In this document: piece by piece, positions 38,500-51,270 of the stretch
Layout of the letters: every line of letters begins with the position of its first letter
Numbering within the stretch: the stretch's first letter is position 1
Assembly (NCBI RefSeq): GCF_009914755.1
Contig: NC_060935.1
Length of the DNA stretch: 64,000 nucleotides
DNA from: the human T2T-CHM13v2.0 reference genome, Homo sapiens
Direction: 5' to 3' (one strand)
Notes under the pieces: model-generated
The model's input: the letters and a program-made list of their open reading frames with translations, nothing else
Database searches by the model: none
What the model was told of the DNA's origin: nothing
Position numbers and translations under genes: made by a program

Positions 38500-39300
38500 A
38501 GCCATTTATTGGGGTCTTTTGTGCCAAGAATCACATTAAGAGCTTTATGTATATTTTATACAAAGAAATCTCTTACTTATTGTTCACAAAAACCCTATTG
38601 GGAATGGAGAAACTAAAGCTAAAAGCAGTGAAATAACTTGATGAAAATTACACAGCCAGTAAGAGGTGGGTGGCAGGGTTCAAAGCCAGGTCTGTCTGAT
38701 TCCAAAGCTAGCTAGCGAGTTTAACCACCACCACAATGGATGCAAATATGGAGGGGTGGGACAGCATGAGTTCTGAGTCAGGTGGGCTTAGGTGCAAATC
38801 CCAGCCCACCACTCTCACCAGTGGCTTCTCACAGCCTCCATGCCCTGATTCTCTCCTCTTTCCCCAGGGCCTAATAACGACCACCCGCTTGGCTGCATGC
38901 TGTGATACTGATGTAAAACGTAAAGTGCTCAGAGCACTCAACGGACGACTTGCACTGGACAAATGCCGCCTTCCTTTACTTCTTTCCCATCTCTACCGTG
39001 AACTCCACACATTGCAGGGACCTTGGATGTTTTATTCACTGCTCTGACTCCAGCATCTTCCTAGCTTCCCATTCTCCATGCACTCTGTCTCTTTACCCTG
39101 CTTTATTTTTTCTCTTAGTTCTCTTCATCATCTGATGTATGATTTACCCATGCATTTGTTTATATTTTGCCTGTCTCTGAGCACTAGAATGTAGGTTCAA
39201 CGGGTTCAGGGATCTTTTGGTTCTGACTGTATCCTCAGTGTCCAGATAACAACATAATAAGGAGTGGGGACTCAGTAAAATGTAATGAATGGATGTATCT
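38500..39300. mobile_element. MIR (-), MIR (+) and L2 (+) fragments
   Basis: gagaaactaaagct...acacagccagtaag; caaatcccagcccaccact; tgtatcctcagtgtccaga...ctcagtaaa. Confidence 0.55.
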
Positions 39301-39722
39301 AGCAATGAAAATCCAGCAGACTTTACAAGTGGGGCAACCAGTAGATTTAATGAATGATGAATCAATTGATCAATGTCTAGTAGATGGTACAAATTCATTT
39401 TAGCTTTCCCCCACCTTCAGAAATAAGCTGATGAAAGTTTCATGAGCTCATGAGCTTGCAAACACACACAAAGGAGGGGCTGGAGCACTGAGACTGCTCA
39501 GTGCCTTAGAACCTTCCGGCAATTATGAATTGGCTTTACCCCTCCCTGGGAAACGGAGAAGTGATACAGTCAGAGGGACACAGCTCAAGTGAAAGCAGTT
39601 TCCTGGTCCCTCTGACACTCCAAGTCAGGTCCATCTTCTCATTCCCTTCCAGTCTCTCCCAGAGAGTCTGAGCCAGCCTTCCCAGGCCCCACCCTCCCCT
39701 CCAGCTCCCAGGCCTCTAAGTC

Positions 39723-39736
39723 CCTCTAGGTGGCAC
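39723..39736 (+). promoter_or_regulatory. CTCF core motif
   Basis: CCTCTAGGTGGCAC against consensus CCASYAGRKGGCRS (one deviation). Confidence 0.55.
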
Positions 39737-39899
39737 CTTCCCCTGGTTTCCCAAAGCAGGACACCCAGGCACTTGGCATTCCAAACAGGCCCCTACTCCT
39801 TCCATAACACAGTGGGTTCTGGAACGTTCTAAGGAATGGGCTTTTTTGGTTGATGAGGGCAAACGCCAAGAATCAGACAAACACCAGCAGCCTAGCCTC

Positions 39900-40700
39900 C
39901 ACCCCTCTTGGGGCTGATTCATGAGGCCCAGGCGTGCCCATTAACTGCCAGGCCGGCCCTGTGTGCTCAGAAAAATATTGCTGCTGCTCTTGAGGCGGCT
40001 GCAGCGTTTTTCAGAAGAGCCGCGGCCATAATCACAAGGCGTCCGCCTCCCGGCCCGGGAGCCCATCAGTTATTATCTGCAGCACAAACACCTACCACTT
40101 TGTACTAACATTTTGGCAGTTTCATACAAACAGAGCACTTAGTGCTGCCCCATAACTCTGCGCTCTTGCTGGGCCCCAGCTCCCAGCTGGCACGCACAGC
40201 CAAGTGGTCTGTAACAAAAAAGTAAAAAAGCAAATGAAACGTTTTTGGTTGTTTTTATGGGCCTCTACAGCCCCCGCGGCTCCCCCCGCTCCTGCGGCAG
40301 ACACATAAGTATGAGTTCAGACCCTGCACGACACATTTTTCGGACCGGCGCTGGTGACGCCAGCTCCGGGGATTACAACAGGATGGATTGTGCGGGCCCC
40401 GAGTGGCATTTTCCAACCTCGGCCAGGGGCTTCCGCTAGAGGCGCCTGCGATCTGCAGACTCCGTGTCTGCCCACCGCCTACGCATGGTTGGGGCGCTTG
40501 CCTCCCAGCTGGGCACCCCTGGCACATGCTGATCCAGCAGGGAGGACAGAAAGCCCCAAACGGCAGCTGGCTGCCCAAATATTTGCTTCTCCAATCCTAG
40601 CCAGTCAAGGAGCCCAGAGCCTGCGCCATTCACAGTCCGCCTAGCTTTTCCCAGAAGAGCTGGCGGTCGGGGGTTCTGGAGGCCAAAGGAGATGGTGGAG
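39900..40700. promoter_or_regulatory. CpG-enriched repeat-free putative enhancer
   Basis: Locally dense CpG, no recognisable repeat, CDX/posterior-HOX site TTTTATGG near 40253 and FOX-like ACAAACA sites. Confidence 0.5.
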
Positions 40701-40914
40701 AGTAACTTCTTGGTGCTGCGGCCTGGTCCACTGCCATGGGTTCTTCCAGCCAATAGACTAAAAAAGTGACTCCAAGGCTGGTTGGACAATCTGGCTGCCT
40801 CGTGCCCCCTCTCTGGGCCCTTTCCCCTCTGGTCCATCCAACTAGCTATTGCTACTTTCTGGTGATCCCTAGATCCTCCAAAAGCTAAACATTTTTCAGA
40901 GGTATTTGGGAGGC

Positions 40915-41150
40915 CCTGCTAGGTGTCACGTGAGGTGCCAGGCACTTTAATGGCTATTACCTCATCAAATTCTGATAACAGCCTTATGGGAAGGTAACAT
41001 TGCCTCCATCTGAAAGGCAAAATCACTTGAACTCAGAGAAGGTAAGTGACCTGCCCAGGGTGACACAGCTAGTGAATGGGCATGTTGGCACAGAGACCCA
41101 GAACTGTCTCAATCCAAAGGTCATGTTTTTACTTCCAAACCATGCTGCCT
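40915..41150 (-). mobile_element. MIR SINE
   Basis: ctcagagaaggtaagtgacctgcccagggtgacacagctagt. Confidence 0.8.
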
Positions 41151-43129
41151 CCTGCTGACCTTTGGGGATGGCACCATGCATGTGCTATGTAACACCAGGC
41201 AATTGTCCCCTCCTCTCTGGTCTAGAATTTTGTCATCTGGGCACCAAAGGCCATGGGTCTGATGTTTCCTTAGGTCCCTCATTGCTTACAGTTAACCACG
41301 GTGGGCTCTGCCCTTCAGAACAAGCCCATCCTTCTGCTCAGGCCTCCTGTGCCTCCTCCTCATCCACCCCGAGGTTGCTGCACACCCACCATGCACCCAT
41401 CAGAGCCCAGAAAGACTGCCTAACAGGCCACTACACAATATCCACTCTGTTTGGCTTGGTATTCAGGGCCTCTCTAAGTCTGACTCCCACTGTCAGGTGC
41501 AAAGCATGCTGGGGCACTGGACCCAGAGGACTAGGGAGGAGGGAAGAGGCTGGGTCCAGGTAGGACCAGGAAGGGAAGGCTGATGTAGTCCTGAGCCATG
41601 GCCCAGCTTGGTTGAGGGCATAGGCACTGGGAGCCCTTGGCATTAGGGTAATGGGCAACATGTTGGGCATTCAAGGCCGGGCTCAGACACAATTAGAGAT
41701 ACATCAGGGGGCTAACCAGAGCTTGGATCAATCTTGGGATTCTGGGAATTCAGGCCAAGAGAGAACCAAAGGGCTAATCAGGGAAACCACGGCAGATATC
41801 AGTTGTCAAGACAGAGAGGGGCATAGGAAAGCTTCCATGAGTCCTCATCCAGGCCTCACTTGCTTCCCAACTTAATGCTTCCTTCCACAATGGGGCTGGG
41901 AACTGAAACCTCTGGTGTGCAGCTTGCTTTTACCAAGACTGACCACAGGAACGCAAGTATCGGTCTGGTGGCCCTTCATGATGGGGATTCCTGCTGCATC
42001 CCTGCCCAGCTGCAGTGTTTCTCCCACCCCTCATGCCCTGAAAAATGGTACTCATTTCTCAAGACTAAGTCTATTCTCTCTCATCACCAGGTTTCCGCTC
42101 CTTTTCCTTCAGGAAGCCCCACCCCAAGCCTCTCCTGATCTCACAGGCCTAGTTGGCCGGTCACTCATATGGCTTTGCCTTAGTTTAGACAATTTTTACT
42201 CAGAGGAGACCTTAGAGCTCTCAAGAATTTTCACAGATCCTTCTCCTTCTCTGGAATCCATTCCACTTAGCACAGGGCTAAGCAGCTGGGAGGGGCTCAC
42301 ATACCCATTCAACAACAGCAAAGATTTTTCTGAGTCAGGCCATAGGCTAAGTGGCAGAGATAATGGGGACAAGGATGCTTAGTCAAGGGGTCATCAGATC
42401 TGGAATCAGATTCTAGGATTTTTGAGATCAGGGCCCACTGAGATAGTGACATGAAGAGAACTCAGAGAAGGAACCCATGGAAAAGTTCCCAGAGGAGGTG
42501 GCATGGGGCTGGCAGGACTCTCAAGAGCCAGGGGGCAGAGGAGGAACAGAGAAGAAGAGCAGGCTGTAGAGGTAGGCACGTGCTTTGGTCGGATACATTG
42601 AACAGACTGTGAAGAGCTTTTGTCTGAAAGTGACCACAAGCCATGGAAGGTGAGAAATTTGGTCAGAGTTCTCTGTTGAAAAAAATCTCAAAAACTCTGA
42701 AGCTCTCACTATGTAGATGACCTTGAAGGAGCCTCTGAAAACTGTGAGTTTCTGCTTCCTCGTTAGCAACCTGAGAAAAACAATGCCTACCCCTTGTAAA
42801 CTATAAGGCACTGTTGCTAGGCAAAGGTTGTCAATAGTTATGATATTGAAGATGGGATGCTGAAGGGCCTCCTCTTTCCTCCTTTGGCCTCCCTGAGCCA
42901 TACCAGAGGAGCCTGGGGGCCACAGCCTCTCAGAGCCCAGCCAAGGCCCACAGTCTCCTCGCCTAGTGGAAACCTCAGCCTCAGGGTGGCCCACCGGCCC
43001 TCTGCCTGCCCAGCAGCCTGGGCCTGGGAATAGGCGGGCCCAGCCCACCCTAATTGCTCCCATCTTGGCATCTGCCTTTGGTTAAATGCACAGCTCTTCT
43101 CACTGGCTGGGAACATTAGCCATAAACAG

Positions 43130-43660
43130 AGCATCTACATGGCGGATGCTGTCGTTTAAAAATAACCCAGGCTTGGGAACCGCATTTCCCTGCCCTGGGA
43201 GTTGCTGGAATGGGAGAAGGACCATCTTCCACGGAGTTAGCTCTCCAGCAAGTCGCTCCCGGGTCCCAGGCCAAGGGCTGCCATGCTAGTGCAGTTCCCT
43301 GCGCAGCCGCCAGGTGGCGTCAAGGCCGCCGCCTGGGGGGCCGGGCAGGCCGAGGCCCCTGCCCGTCGCAGTCCCAGCCTCGCTCACCACTTGGCCCGGG
43401 AGTTGGCTGCGGGCAGCGGCTTGGCAGCCTGCGGCCGGGGGCGGACGGTGGGGCGGTGTGGGTTTCAGCCTCCCCGGAGGGCCCTCACGGCTGAGCAAAC
43501 GTTCGGGCTGATGTCGGCAACATGCGGAATCAATTTTCGGGGAACTCAGCAGCCAAACCATCCACCTTTGGGCGGGAAGCAGGATCGCTGTAGGCCCGGG
43601 GGCTCCTTGTCTCCCGTTTGGAAAATCCGAAGTCTCCTCGCGGTGGGGGGCAGGCCAGCC
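43130..43660. promoter_or_regulatory. CpG island-like element
   Basis: About 500 bp of high GC with many CpGs and GC boxes (ggggcgg near 43437 and 43450). Confidence 0.75.
43290..43320 (+). promoter_or_regulatory. Extended CTCF site (upstream motif plus core)
   Basis: TGCAGTTCCC (43290-43299) followed by core CCGCCAGGTGGCGT (43307-43320). Confidence 0.75.
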
Positions 43661-45976
43661 TGGCTGTGTGGGGCCTCAGCACAGGGAGCCTGGGCAAGGG
43701 CTGAACTCATCTGCCCTGGGCTAGGGAATGAAACTCAGTCTCCATTACCACTTTTTATGAAGCACCTACTATGTGCCAGCATTGCCCTACATTTTCCATG
43801 CATTTTCTTATCTTATCCTTACAACCAGCAAGTCTCAGGGGGAGTGAGCCAGGCCACAGCCCAGGGCGCCTGTCTTTAAAGGGCACTAAAATATCATCAG
43901 AATAAATCAGAAATACAATCCAGGTCCCCAAAGAAAGGGAGAAGTATAAACAGATTACCCTGCTACCCAAAGCCCTGAAGCAGAAGTAAGAGGCCTCCCC
44001 CAACCTCCCAAACCTCCTTGACTCGTACGGGAGGGGCCTGGACGCTATACTCCCTTGGAGCAGCAGCCAAGGCCCCTAGTCTCCTGGCCTAGTGGAAACC
44101 TTAGCCTTTCTCTTAGCCTACCCTCCCCCAAATGAACACCAAACAAATACTTAAGGCACACATCTTTGAAACACGGAATAATGCATTTTACCAGGTCTGG
44201 CCCCTGTCTGGCCCTGGATGCAATTGTCATCACTCCCCATTTCACAGAGGAGAACGCTGAGACCAGGGGCTAGACAGTGACAGAGCAAGTCCCCAAGGAA
44301 GGTGGAGGGCCGCACGGAGAGGGGGACTGGGGTGCCAGGCAGTCAAAATCAAAACTGTTATCTCTACTGTATGAGCTTGTAAGGGCGGTTCACCTATTCC
44401 ACACTCAGTTTCCTCACCCCTGGTGAGGGACTCCTAACAGACCCTCCCTCTGTGAGAATCAAATGAGGTTTGGAGGCTCTCGAGCGATGCATGTCACTTA
44501 GTTCCAGCACTGACTATGGTACTGGCTGGGATGTGGAGGAATCAGGGCAAGAAACTGAAGGGGCTGAAGAACCCTCAGAAGAATGAAGTATCCCTAGAAA
44601 GCAATTCCATGACTAAAGAGGAAGAAGCAAAAGGAAGAAGGAAAAACAAGATGGTGGCTCTAACCAAAAAAAGTTGACAGAACTTCCCTGAGAAAGGAAA
44701 AGGAATCCCTGAGAAAATGAAGACCCCTCCTTAGCTACCTGCCTCCTCTCACCCTTGTGCTTCCATCTTCTCGGTCATGGAATTTAGCCACCCCTGAATG
44801 TGGGCGACAAAAGGGTAGGTGGCATTGAGTAAGTGTGGCATGTTCACCCGGTGAGAGCCACTCAGTTCTGCAGGTGCCCACATGAACCAGTGGCCCAAAA
44901 AGCCTGATAGTGTGACACGTGGAAGTGTGAAGGACCCGGTGGATGGGAGGAATGCCTGAGTGAGGTCATCATGGTTGCTCTAATTGCTCACCACACCAGT
45001 GACGATCTGCTTCAACTCCAGCTGATACATCGTGTTATGTCTCCCTCTTGAAGAAATGTGTCCCTGTCCCTCCCTCCCCCTTTCTCACGCTACCTTGTCT
45101 GGCTGTTTCTGCAAGCCTGGGCACCAAGAACAGGTTCATGGTAAGGGAGCTCCTGGTGGTGTGGGGTGCAGGGGAGCAGAGGCTGAGGACAGTCACAACG
45201 CTGGGAGAGGGCTGGGGAGGTTGCTTGGTGACAGAGAGGAAAGAGGGGACAACTCGCTCGTCAGTCCTGGGCCAGCCTCCGTGAGTGTCTTCTCCCACTC
45301 TCAGCTGGGTGAAGTTTCTTTATCAGGGACATTACAATGGCTCCCCCATCTGATATGAACTTGCGTGGAGAGGCCACCTCAACATCAGGCAGGAGGAGCG
45401 AATAATCACAGATTGTGAGGAGATCTTATAGTACAATGACACACAGGCATGGCCCTGACACATTCGAAATTTCACTGTCCCTATCTCACTTAACCCTCCC
45501 TCAGGAGGTTCTGATTTCCATCGTTTGCTGTAGGAAACCTTGGCGAAGGCCCTGTGCTCTGCAGAGGATGGTGAATATTTGTGCAGATGCCTCTGGCCCA
45601 GCCCCCACCTGCTGGACAAAGCTGCAGGCTCATGGTGTGTTTTCCAGACCCACCTGGATCAGACTTTACCACTGTGCTCCTCACAGGCCCCTCCGTGCAG
45701 CCTGGCTCCAGCCGTGCAGAACATCTTGCTGTTTTTCTAGAAGACCCTTCCGCCTTCTCTGACTAACAAACTCCTACTCTTTTCCAAACCCAGCTCCAAT
45801 ATCATCTCCTGATCCCCTAGGCAGAGGTGGGACTCCTGTCTGGGGGCTTCTACTACACTGCTCCCTACCCCTACTGAGATTACAGCAGTGACCTTGGGAG
45901 CAGGATTTTTCTGAGGTCTGCCCTGAGTCTCCTACTGTGCTGGGTACTTTACACATACTTTATGTGTACATTCCCT

Positions 45977-46097
45977 AAGGGCCCTGCCTAGGGTGAGGCA
46001 GGTGCAGCACTTACTTTGGCTGCAAAATTGAAGGGAGTGCCAAAATCTCAGTAATCAAGATGATGTTTTAATGTAGTATTTTGAAAAATCAAAAATA
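45977..46097 (+). mobile_element. MER96-like hAT fragment
   Basis: ctagggtgaggca...gcaaaattgaagggagtgccaaaatctcagtaatcaagat. Confidence 0.7.
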
Positions 46098-46109
46098 GCC
46101 CCTATTTGA

Positions 46110-46215
46110 AACACCCAGTACACTCATGCACAAGCACAAACATGCTCACACACCTGCACACACGCAAACACACACACACACACACGCACACACATGCACA
46201 CACACGCACACATGC
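46110..46215. repeat. Degenerate (CA)n repeat
   Basis: Seen directly. Confidence 0.9.
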
Positions 46216-46779
46216 AGGCCCACATTTGCCTTTCTGAGGCATCTCCCTTTCTTCCTAGTAAAGAACCTTTGTAATCAGGAAAGGGTTCTCAGTCAGAGAT
46301 ATTGGGATGGAATCTCAAAACACACACACACAAAGTAAAGGGTGTTTTATTTACTTAGACCAGAGTCTCTCCAAGTATGATACATTGGAATAACCTGAGA
46401 GAGTTTTTAAATATGATTTCTTGATTAAACTCACTCAGACAGTAGCCTGGGAATATGCATTTTAAATGCTTCCCAGGTGATTCCTGGGGATGCTAGAGCT
46501 GGCTTAACCACTGCCCTAAAATATTCTGCTCTGTGGGCTTCTAAAGTAATTAACTTCTTACTTCCTTCCAGGTTAGCTGAATGGCAGCCAAGCTTGCCAA
46601 AGGGCAGCCAATCCCAGTCTTCTCTTCTGCTGAAGTCCAGCCCATGGCTAGCTGCAGCCCTTCTCCCTTGCTGCTATTGCATGCTTGGACTGACCAATGT
46701 GTGAGTGGTGAGACCCATTCAGTTCTGCAGAAAGATGCATTTGACTCAATCCAGCTAAAGTTGCCAACACTGGGGACTA

Positions 46780-47315
46780 TGAATTCATTCATTTGTGCTT
46801 TCCTGAGCAAAGTGCTAGGAAGACTGTAGTAGACAAAAACGAGGAAGGAAAGACAAGATCTCTAATCTCAGAGAGTTCATGCTGAATAAAGGAGTCAGAC
46901 ATTAATGAAATAATTGCAAAAACAAATGTAAAATTACAACATTGCTGAGTGTTATGGAGGAGAGATTCATGGTGCCAGCAGAGTGTATAACAAGTGTTGA
47001 GCAGGGCAGGGAAGGCTTCCCCGAGAAAGTAATGATCAGGTCTATGAAGATCAGTTAAGAACGAACCAGATGTAGATTTGGGGAAGAGGGCTCCACTGAG
47101 AAGGAACAGCACATGCATAGACATGGAGATACTGAGAAGATTCGTGTTTCTGAGTGTAGAGGGTAAGGAGGGATATAGGAAAAAATGAGCTTCGAGCAGT
47201 CAACAGGGATCTTCAGGGTGTGAGCTTTTACCTGAAGATAAATGGGAAACTATTGGAAGGGTTTGAAATCTGAGAGGGAGCTTTGAGTGTTGTTATGATC
47301 AGTTTATTGATTAGA
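46780..47315 (-). mobile_element. L2 LINE fragment
   Basis: attcattcatt start; cagggaaggcttccccgag; aatgggaaactattggaagggttt. Confidence 0.7.
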
Positions 47316-48769
47316 GAAGATCCAGTGAGGACATCATGTCCCTCCACCCATGGAGGGATGGCACCTGGTTTCTCACTCTGGGTGGCATCCAGCAGCCTGA
47401 TGCTGAAGGGCACATGGGGTATTTTGGGGAGACTCTGGGAGCCCAGAAAGCCTGGAGCTGAGACCTCATTTGCCCCTGGTGGTTAGACTGTTCCTGCCAT
47501 AATAGATGTTCTTTCAGATAACAATCCATAACTCTCTTGGGTTGACCACATGTGGTTACAATTGGGTTGTTGTTGTTTTGTTTGTTTTGGTTTTAAAAAA
47601 CCCATAAAGAGAAGAAGTTAATCCTATTGTCAGAGAAGCAAGCCTAGGTAAATATTAAGATGCTAGTCCCTTAGCAGCATAGATTACCTTAAGAGAAACT
47701 GTGTCCTTTGCAGTCTCAGGGGTCCAGCAGATAAGGCCCCAGCTCTACCTCTCTGAGCACCAGGAACCCATTCTTCCCTTCAAGCATCACACACAGAGAG
47801 AGCACCCACTGTGTGCCAGGCAGCAATGTTCTGGCACTAAGGACCCAGCAGGCCTTGGCCTTCAGGAGTGCCCTGGCCAGTGGAGCACCTCCCCTCCAAC
47901 AGGGTGGTCTGGCTCAGGCAGCAGGATCTTGCAGCTCAGATCTCATAGGAAACACCACATGTTTTCATACAGTTTTTCATTAAAAAATATATGTCTCATC
48001 CGAGCACTATATCAAGTGGGCAGAAATGGAGCTATTAATCCCATTTTTAGGTATAAGCATACTGAGGCTCTGAGAGCTGCTGGTCATGCAGCTTATAAAT
48101 ATCAGTAAGACAGAAAGCTCCAGTCTCCAGGGAGACCAGAGGATGTTCCATGTCTGTCTGCCTGTTGCTGTTGATAGCAACAAGAAGCACATTCTCCGTC
48201 TTTCTGCCTTTCCAAATTAAAGTGACTGATTGATCAACACATTGCATTTTTTTAATGACAGGAACTAATCATTTTCTAATCACCAAGAGGCAGCATGACC
48301 TTCAGAGTTAGACAAGCCTGGGTTTAAATCTACTTATGAGCTAGTGACCTTGAACAAGTCAAGTCATGTCACCTCTTTTTCTCAGCTGTGTAATAGGTCT
48401 CATAATCTGTTCTGTCATGTGAATCATGGAAGTGATATTATTAATAATCTGTAAGGTTTATCAACTGTGAGGTTTTGTTATTCTATCACAGGAATTCTGA
48501 ACTCTTGAGCTCCCTCCTTGGAGCTCAGCCACTTTCTCCTTTCCAACCAGGCTAATGTTGTGCATCTTAAGTAGTCTTCCCTCTTTCAATCATTCACCAC
48601 CTGCAACCAGGAAAAGGTTTGTGCAAACATGTAGTCCACTACATTGTAGTATGGACATTTTCCCTCAGCTTTGTCCCTGGATGGCTCTGTCTTGTCAATC
48701 AGGTATTAGCTCAACTACCACTTTCTCAGCATGTTCTTCCCTTGCCATCTTAGCTCCATAAGTTACCAT

Positions 48770-49600
48770 TAGCTATAGGTTTTGCATAGATTACCTTTAT
48801 CAGGTTAAGGAAGTTCCCTCCTATTCCTAGTTTGCTAAGAGTTTTTAACATGAATAGAATCAAATTTTTTCAAATGTTTTTTCAGCATCAATTGAGATAG
48901 TCCTGTGATTTTTCTCATTTGTTGTGTCAATATGGTGAATTATATTGATTGCTTTTAAAATATTAAGCCAACCTTGCATTCCTAGAAGAAACCTTTCTAG
49001 GTTATGATGTATTTTTCTTTTTATATATTGTTGAATTTGATTTGCTATTATTATGTTAATCACTTTGTATTTATATTCATGGAGAATGTTGGTCTGTAAT
49101 TTTTATTTCTTTGTGATGTTTTTCTTTGTTTTGTCTGATTTTAGCATCAGGGTGATTTTTAAAAAATATTTTGGGGGATTTACCAATAACATCTCTGGAT
49201 CTAGAATTTTCTTTGTAGGAATGCTTTTAATTACAAAATCAACTTATTAAAAATATATAAAACTATTTATATTTTCTATCCTTATTGAGTCAGTTTGGTA
49301 ATTTTTTTAATTAAAACTTTGTCCTCTTCATCTAAGTTTTCAAATTTATTGATCAAAAGTCAAAGAGACTTATAGTATTTATTTATTCTCTTTCCCTTCC
49401 TTCACTCTTGATATTTGCAACTTTTGCATTATCTTCTCCTTTTTTTGTTCAATCTTGTTATAGGTTTCTTAATTTTATTGATCTTTTCAAAGAGCCAGTT
49501 TTTGGTTTCATGGATTTTTCTCTATTGCTTGTCCATTTTCTATTTCATTGATTTCCACTTTTTATTATTTCCTCCGTTCTACTTACTTTGGGTTAAAAGA
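48770..49600 (-). mobile_element. L1M ORF2 (RT region) fragment
   Basis: ORF 48860-49063 reads QQYIKRKIHH...GMQGWLNI.KAINIIHHI...ISIDAEKTFEKI, an L1 RT signature. Confidence 0.9.
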
Positions 49601-49795
49601 GCTTTTCAATCGCTTAGCTCTACCCTCCAAGCATGGCAACTATGTTTGTATAAAGTAATTTTACCCCACCTTTACAGTAACAAAGTGTCTATCCGTTGTT
49701 AGTTTCCCTAGTGCCAGTTTTAAAATCAAGTCAACCTGTCCTGCTACATTTCCCATGCCAAGTCATAAAAGTTTACTGAAAACATTTTCCCTAGT

Positions 49796-49970
49796 CACAG
49801 ATGGCAAATATACAACAGTCACATTGCAGCTACTCCCTCCCACACCATTGGCAGACAGTTCTAACCAATCAAGCATCCTTCCCTTCTGAACCCAGATATA
49901 AGCCTTTTCAATAGCAGTCTACACTGGGCTACCAATGACTGGAGTATTCATATGGCACAAAACCAGTAGA
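49796..49970. mobile_element. MER117-like hAT relic
   Basis: gatggcaaat...ctccctcccacacc..tggcagaca...tgaacccaga...ctaccaat. Confidence 0.5.
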
Positions 49971-51083
49971 ACTTTGATCTATTAGTAGAGAATCACTACA
50001 CATTTTCGTATTTCAAATACTGTATGCTTCTCATAGTTAATGTGTACATTCATTGTTATTTTATTTTTATTTTTACTCTCCTTCCGCAAAAGCCGCTATT
50101 ACAATCAATGGCCTATTGGAGTCGATATTCATCCACCTTGTTTACTCAGGACTCCTGCCATCACCAGCTCACCCCACACGCATGCCTATTGCTTGCCTTG
50201 GCTCACTCATGCTTGCTTCCCAGATCCCTGACTCCAGGCTCTACTGACCTTCAGTCCCACCCTCCCCCACCTAGGCCTCCGTCAGTTTACTTTCTGATTC
50301 ATCAGCCTTTACTGGCTGCTCAACCCCCAGCTTACCTGTCCACCTTCCCACTTTGCCCAACCTCTTGGCCTTTAGGTGAGCCGCATCTGGGAACCCAGTC
50401 CAGACAGATCAGGCTCTCCCCATGGACGATGGGGGCACTCAGACACTGGCCACTGCCTATACATATGGCAGGGAGGCCTTGGTGGGAAAAGTTCTTCCCA
50501 AAGGTTTCTTTTTGCTTTCTCTATTCACCTGTTTTAGAAAGTTCCAGCAAGAGATTCAGGCTGGGCAGTTTCTTATGCACTCATCCCCCCAGAAGCCTGG
50601 TGTTCCCTTCATATCTCACTGAGCTCCTGATATACCTGCTCCTGTGGACTCCCGTGTTCCGACAGAGCCTGTACAAGAGGAATACCATCCAAGAAAAATA
50701 TTTTGGAGCCTTTGTAATTCATGGGCCCCACTGAATTTTCATAGAATGGGGGAACAGATTCTTAAAGGAAAGGTTAGAAATATGAACATCTCCTTGTTTA
50801 ATTCATCGTATTCCAATCCAGCCCCATAGCATGTCTTTGGGATTAATGAGTAGAAACCAGCTTTCAAAGAGCTGTTGGCACCTGCTCCATCTGCCTTGAT
50901 ATTGAAAATTGGGCCATCACAGGGATACAAGGATAGAATTAGGGGGCAGGTAGCATTGAGCGTGCTCTGGAGGTTGTAGCAAGGGTTGTTTGACCTTTCT
51001 GAAACATGCATTCATCTATGTTACTTCTTCCTGAGTAAATTCTCCACTCTTCTTTTCTCCAGGTTATTAGTCATCCTTGAGTT

Positions 51084-51270
51084 CTGCAATGTCCAATGTG
51101 GTAGCCACTAGCCTCATGTGGCTATTTAAATAAAGTGAAATTAAGTAAAATAAAAAATTCAGTTTCTCAATCTTATAGGTCACATTTCAAGTGCTCAATA
51201 GCCACATGTGGCTAGAGGCTATCAACACAGGTATTTTCATCAATGTAGAAAGTTCTACTGGGCAGCATTG
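51084..51270 (-). mobile_element. MER3 (hAT-Charlie)
   Basis: gtagccactagcc.catgtggctat...cacatttcaagtgctcaatagccacatgtggctag...agaaagttcta. Confidence 0.85.

Noticed and set aside
40433-40446. CTCF-like CCGCTAGAGGCGCC
   Set aside because: Lacks one G of the GGC core register; too weak to call without ChIP data
43283-43879. 198-aa ORF over the CpG island
   Set aside because: Expected in high-GC DNA, runs into a MIR fragment, no domain similarity
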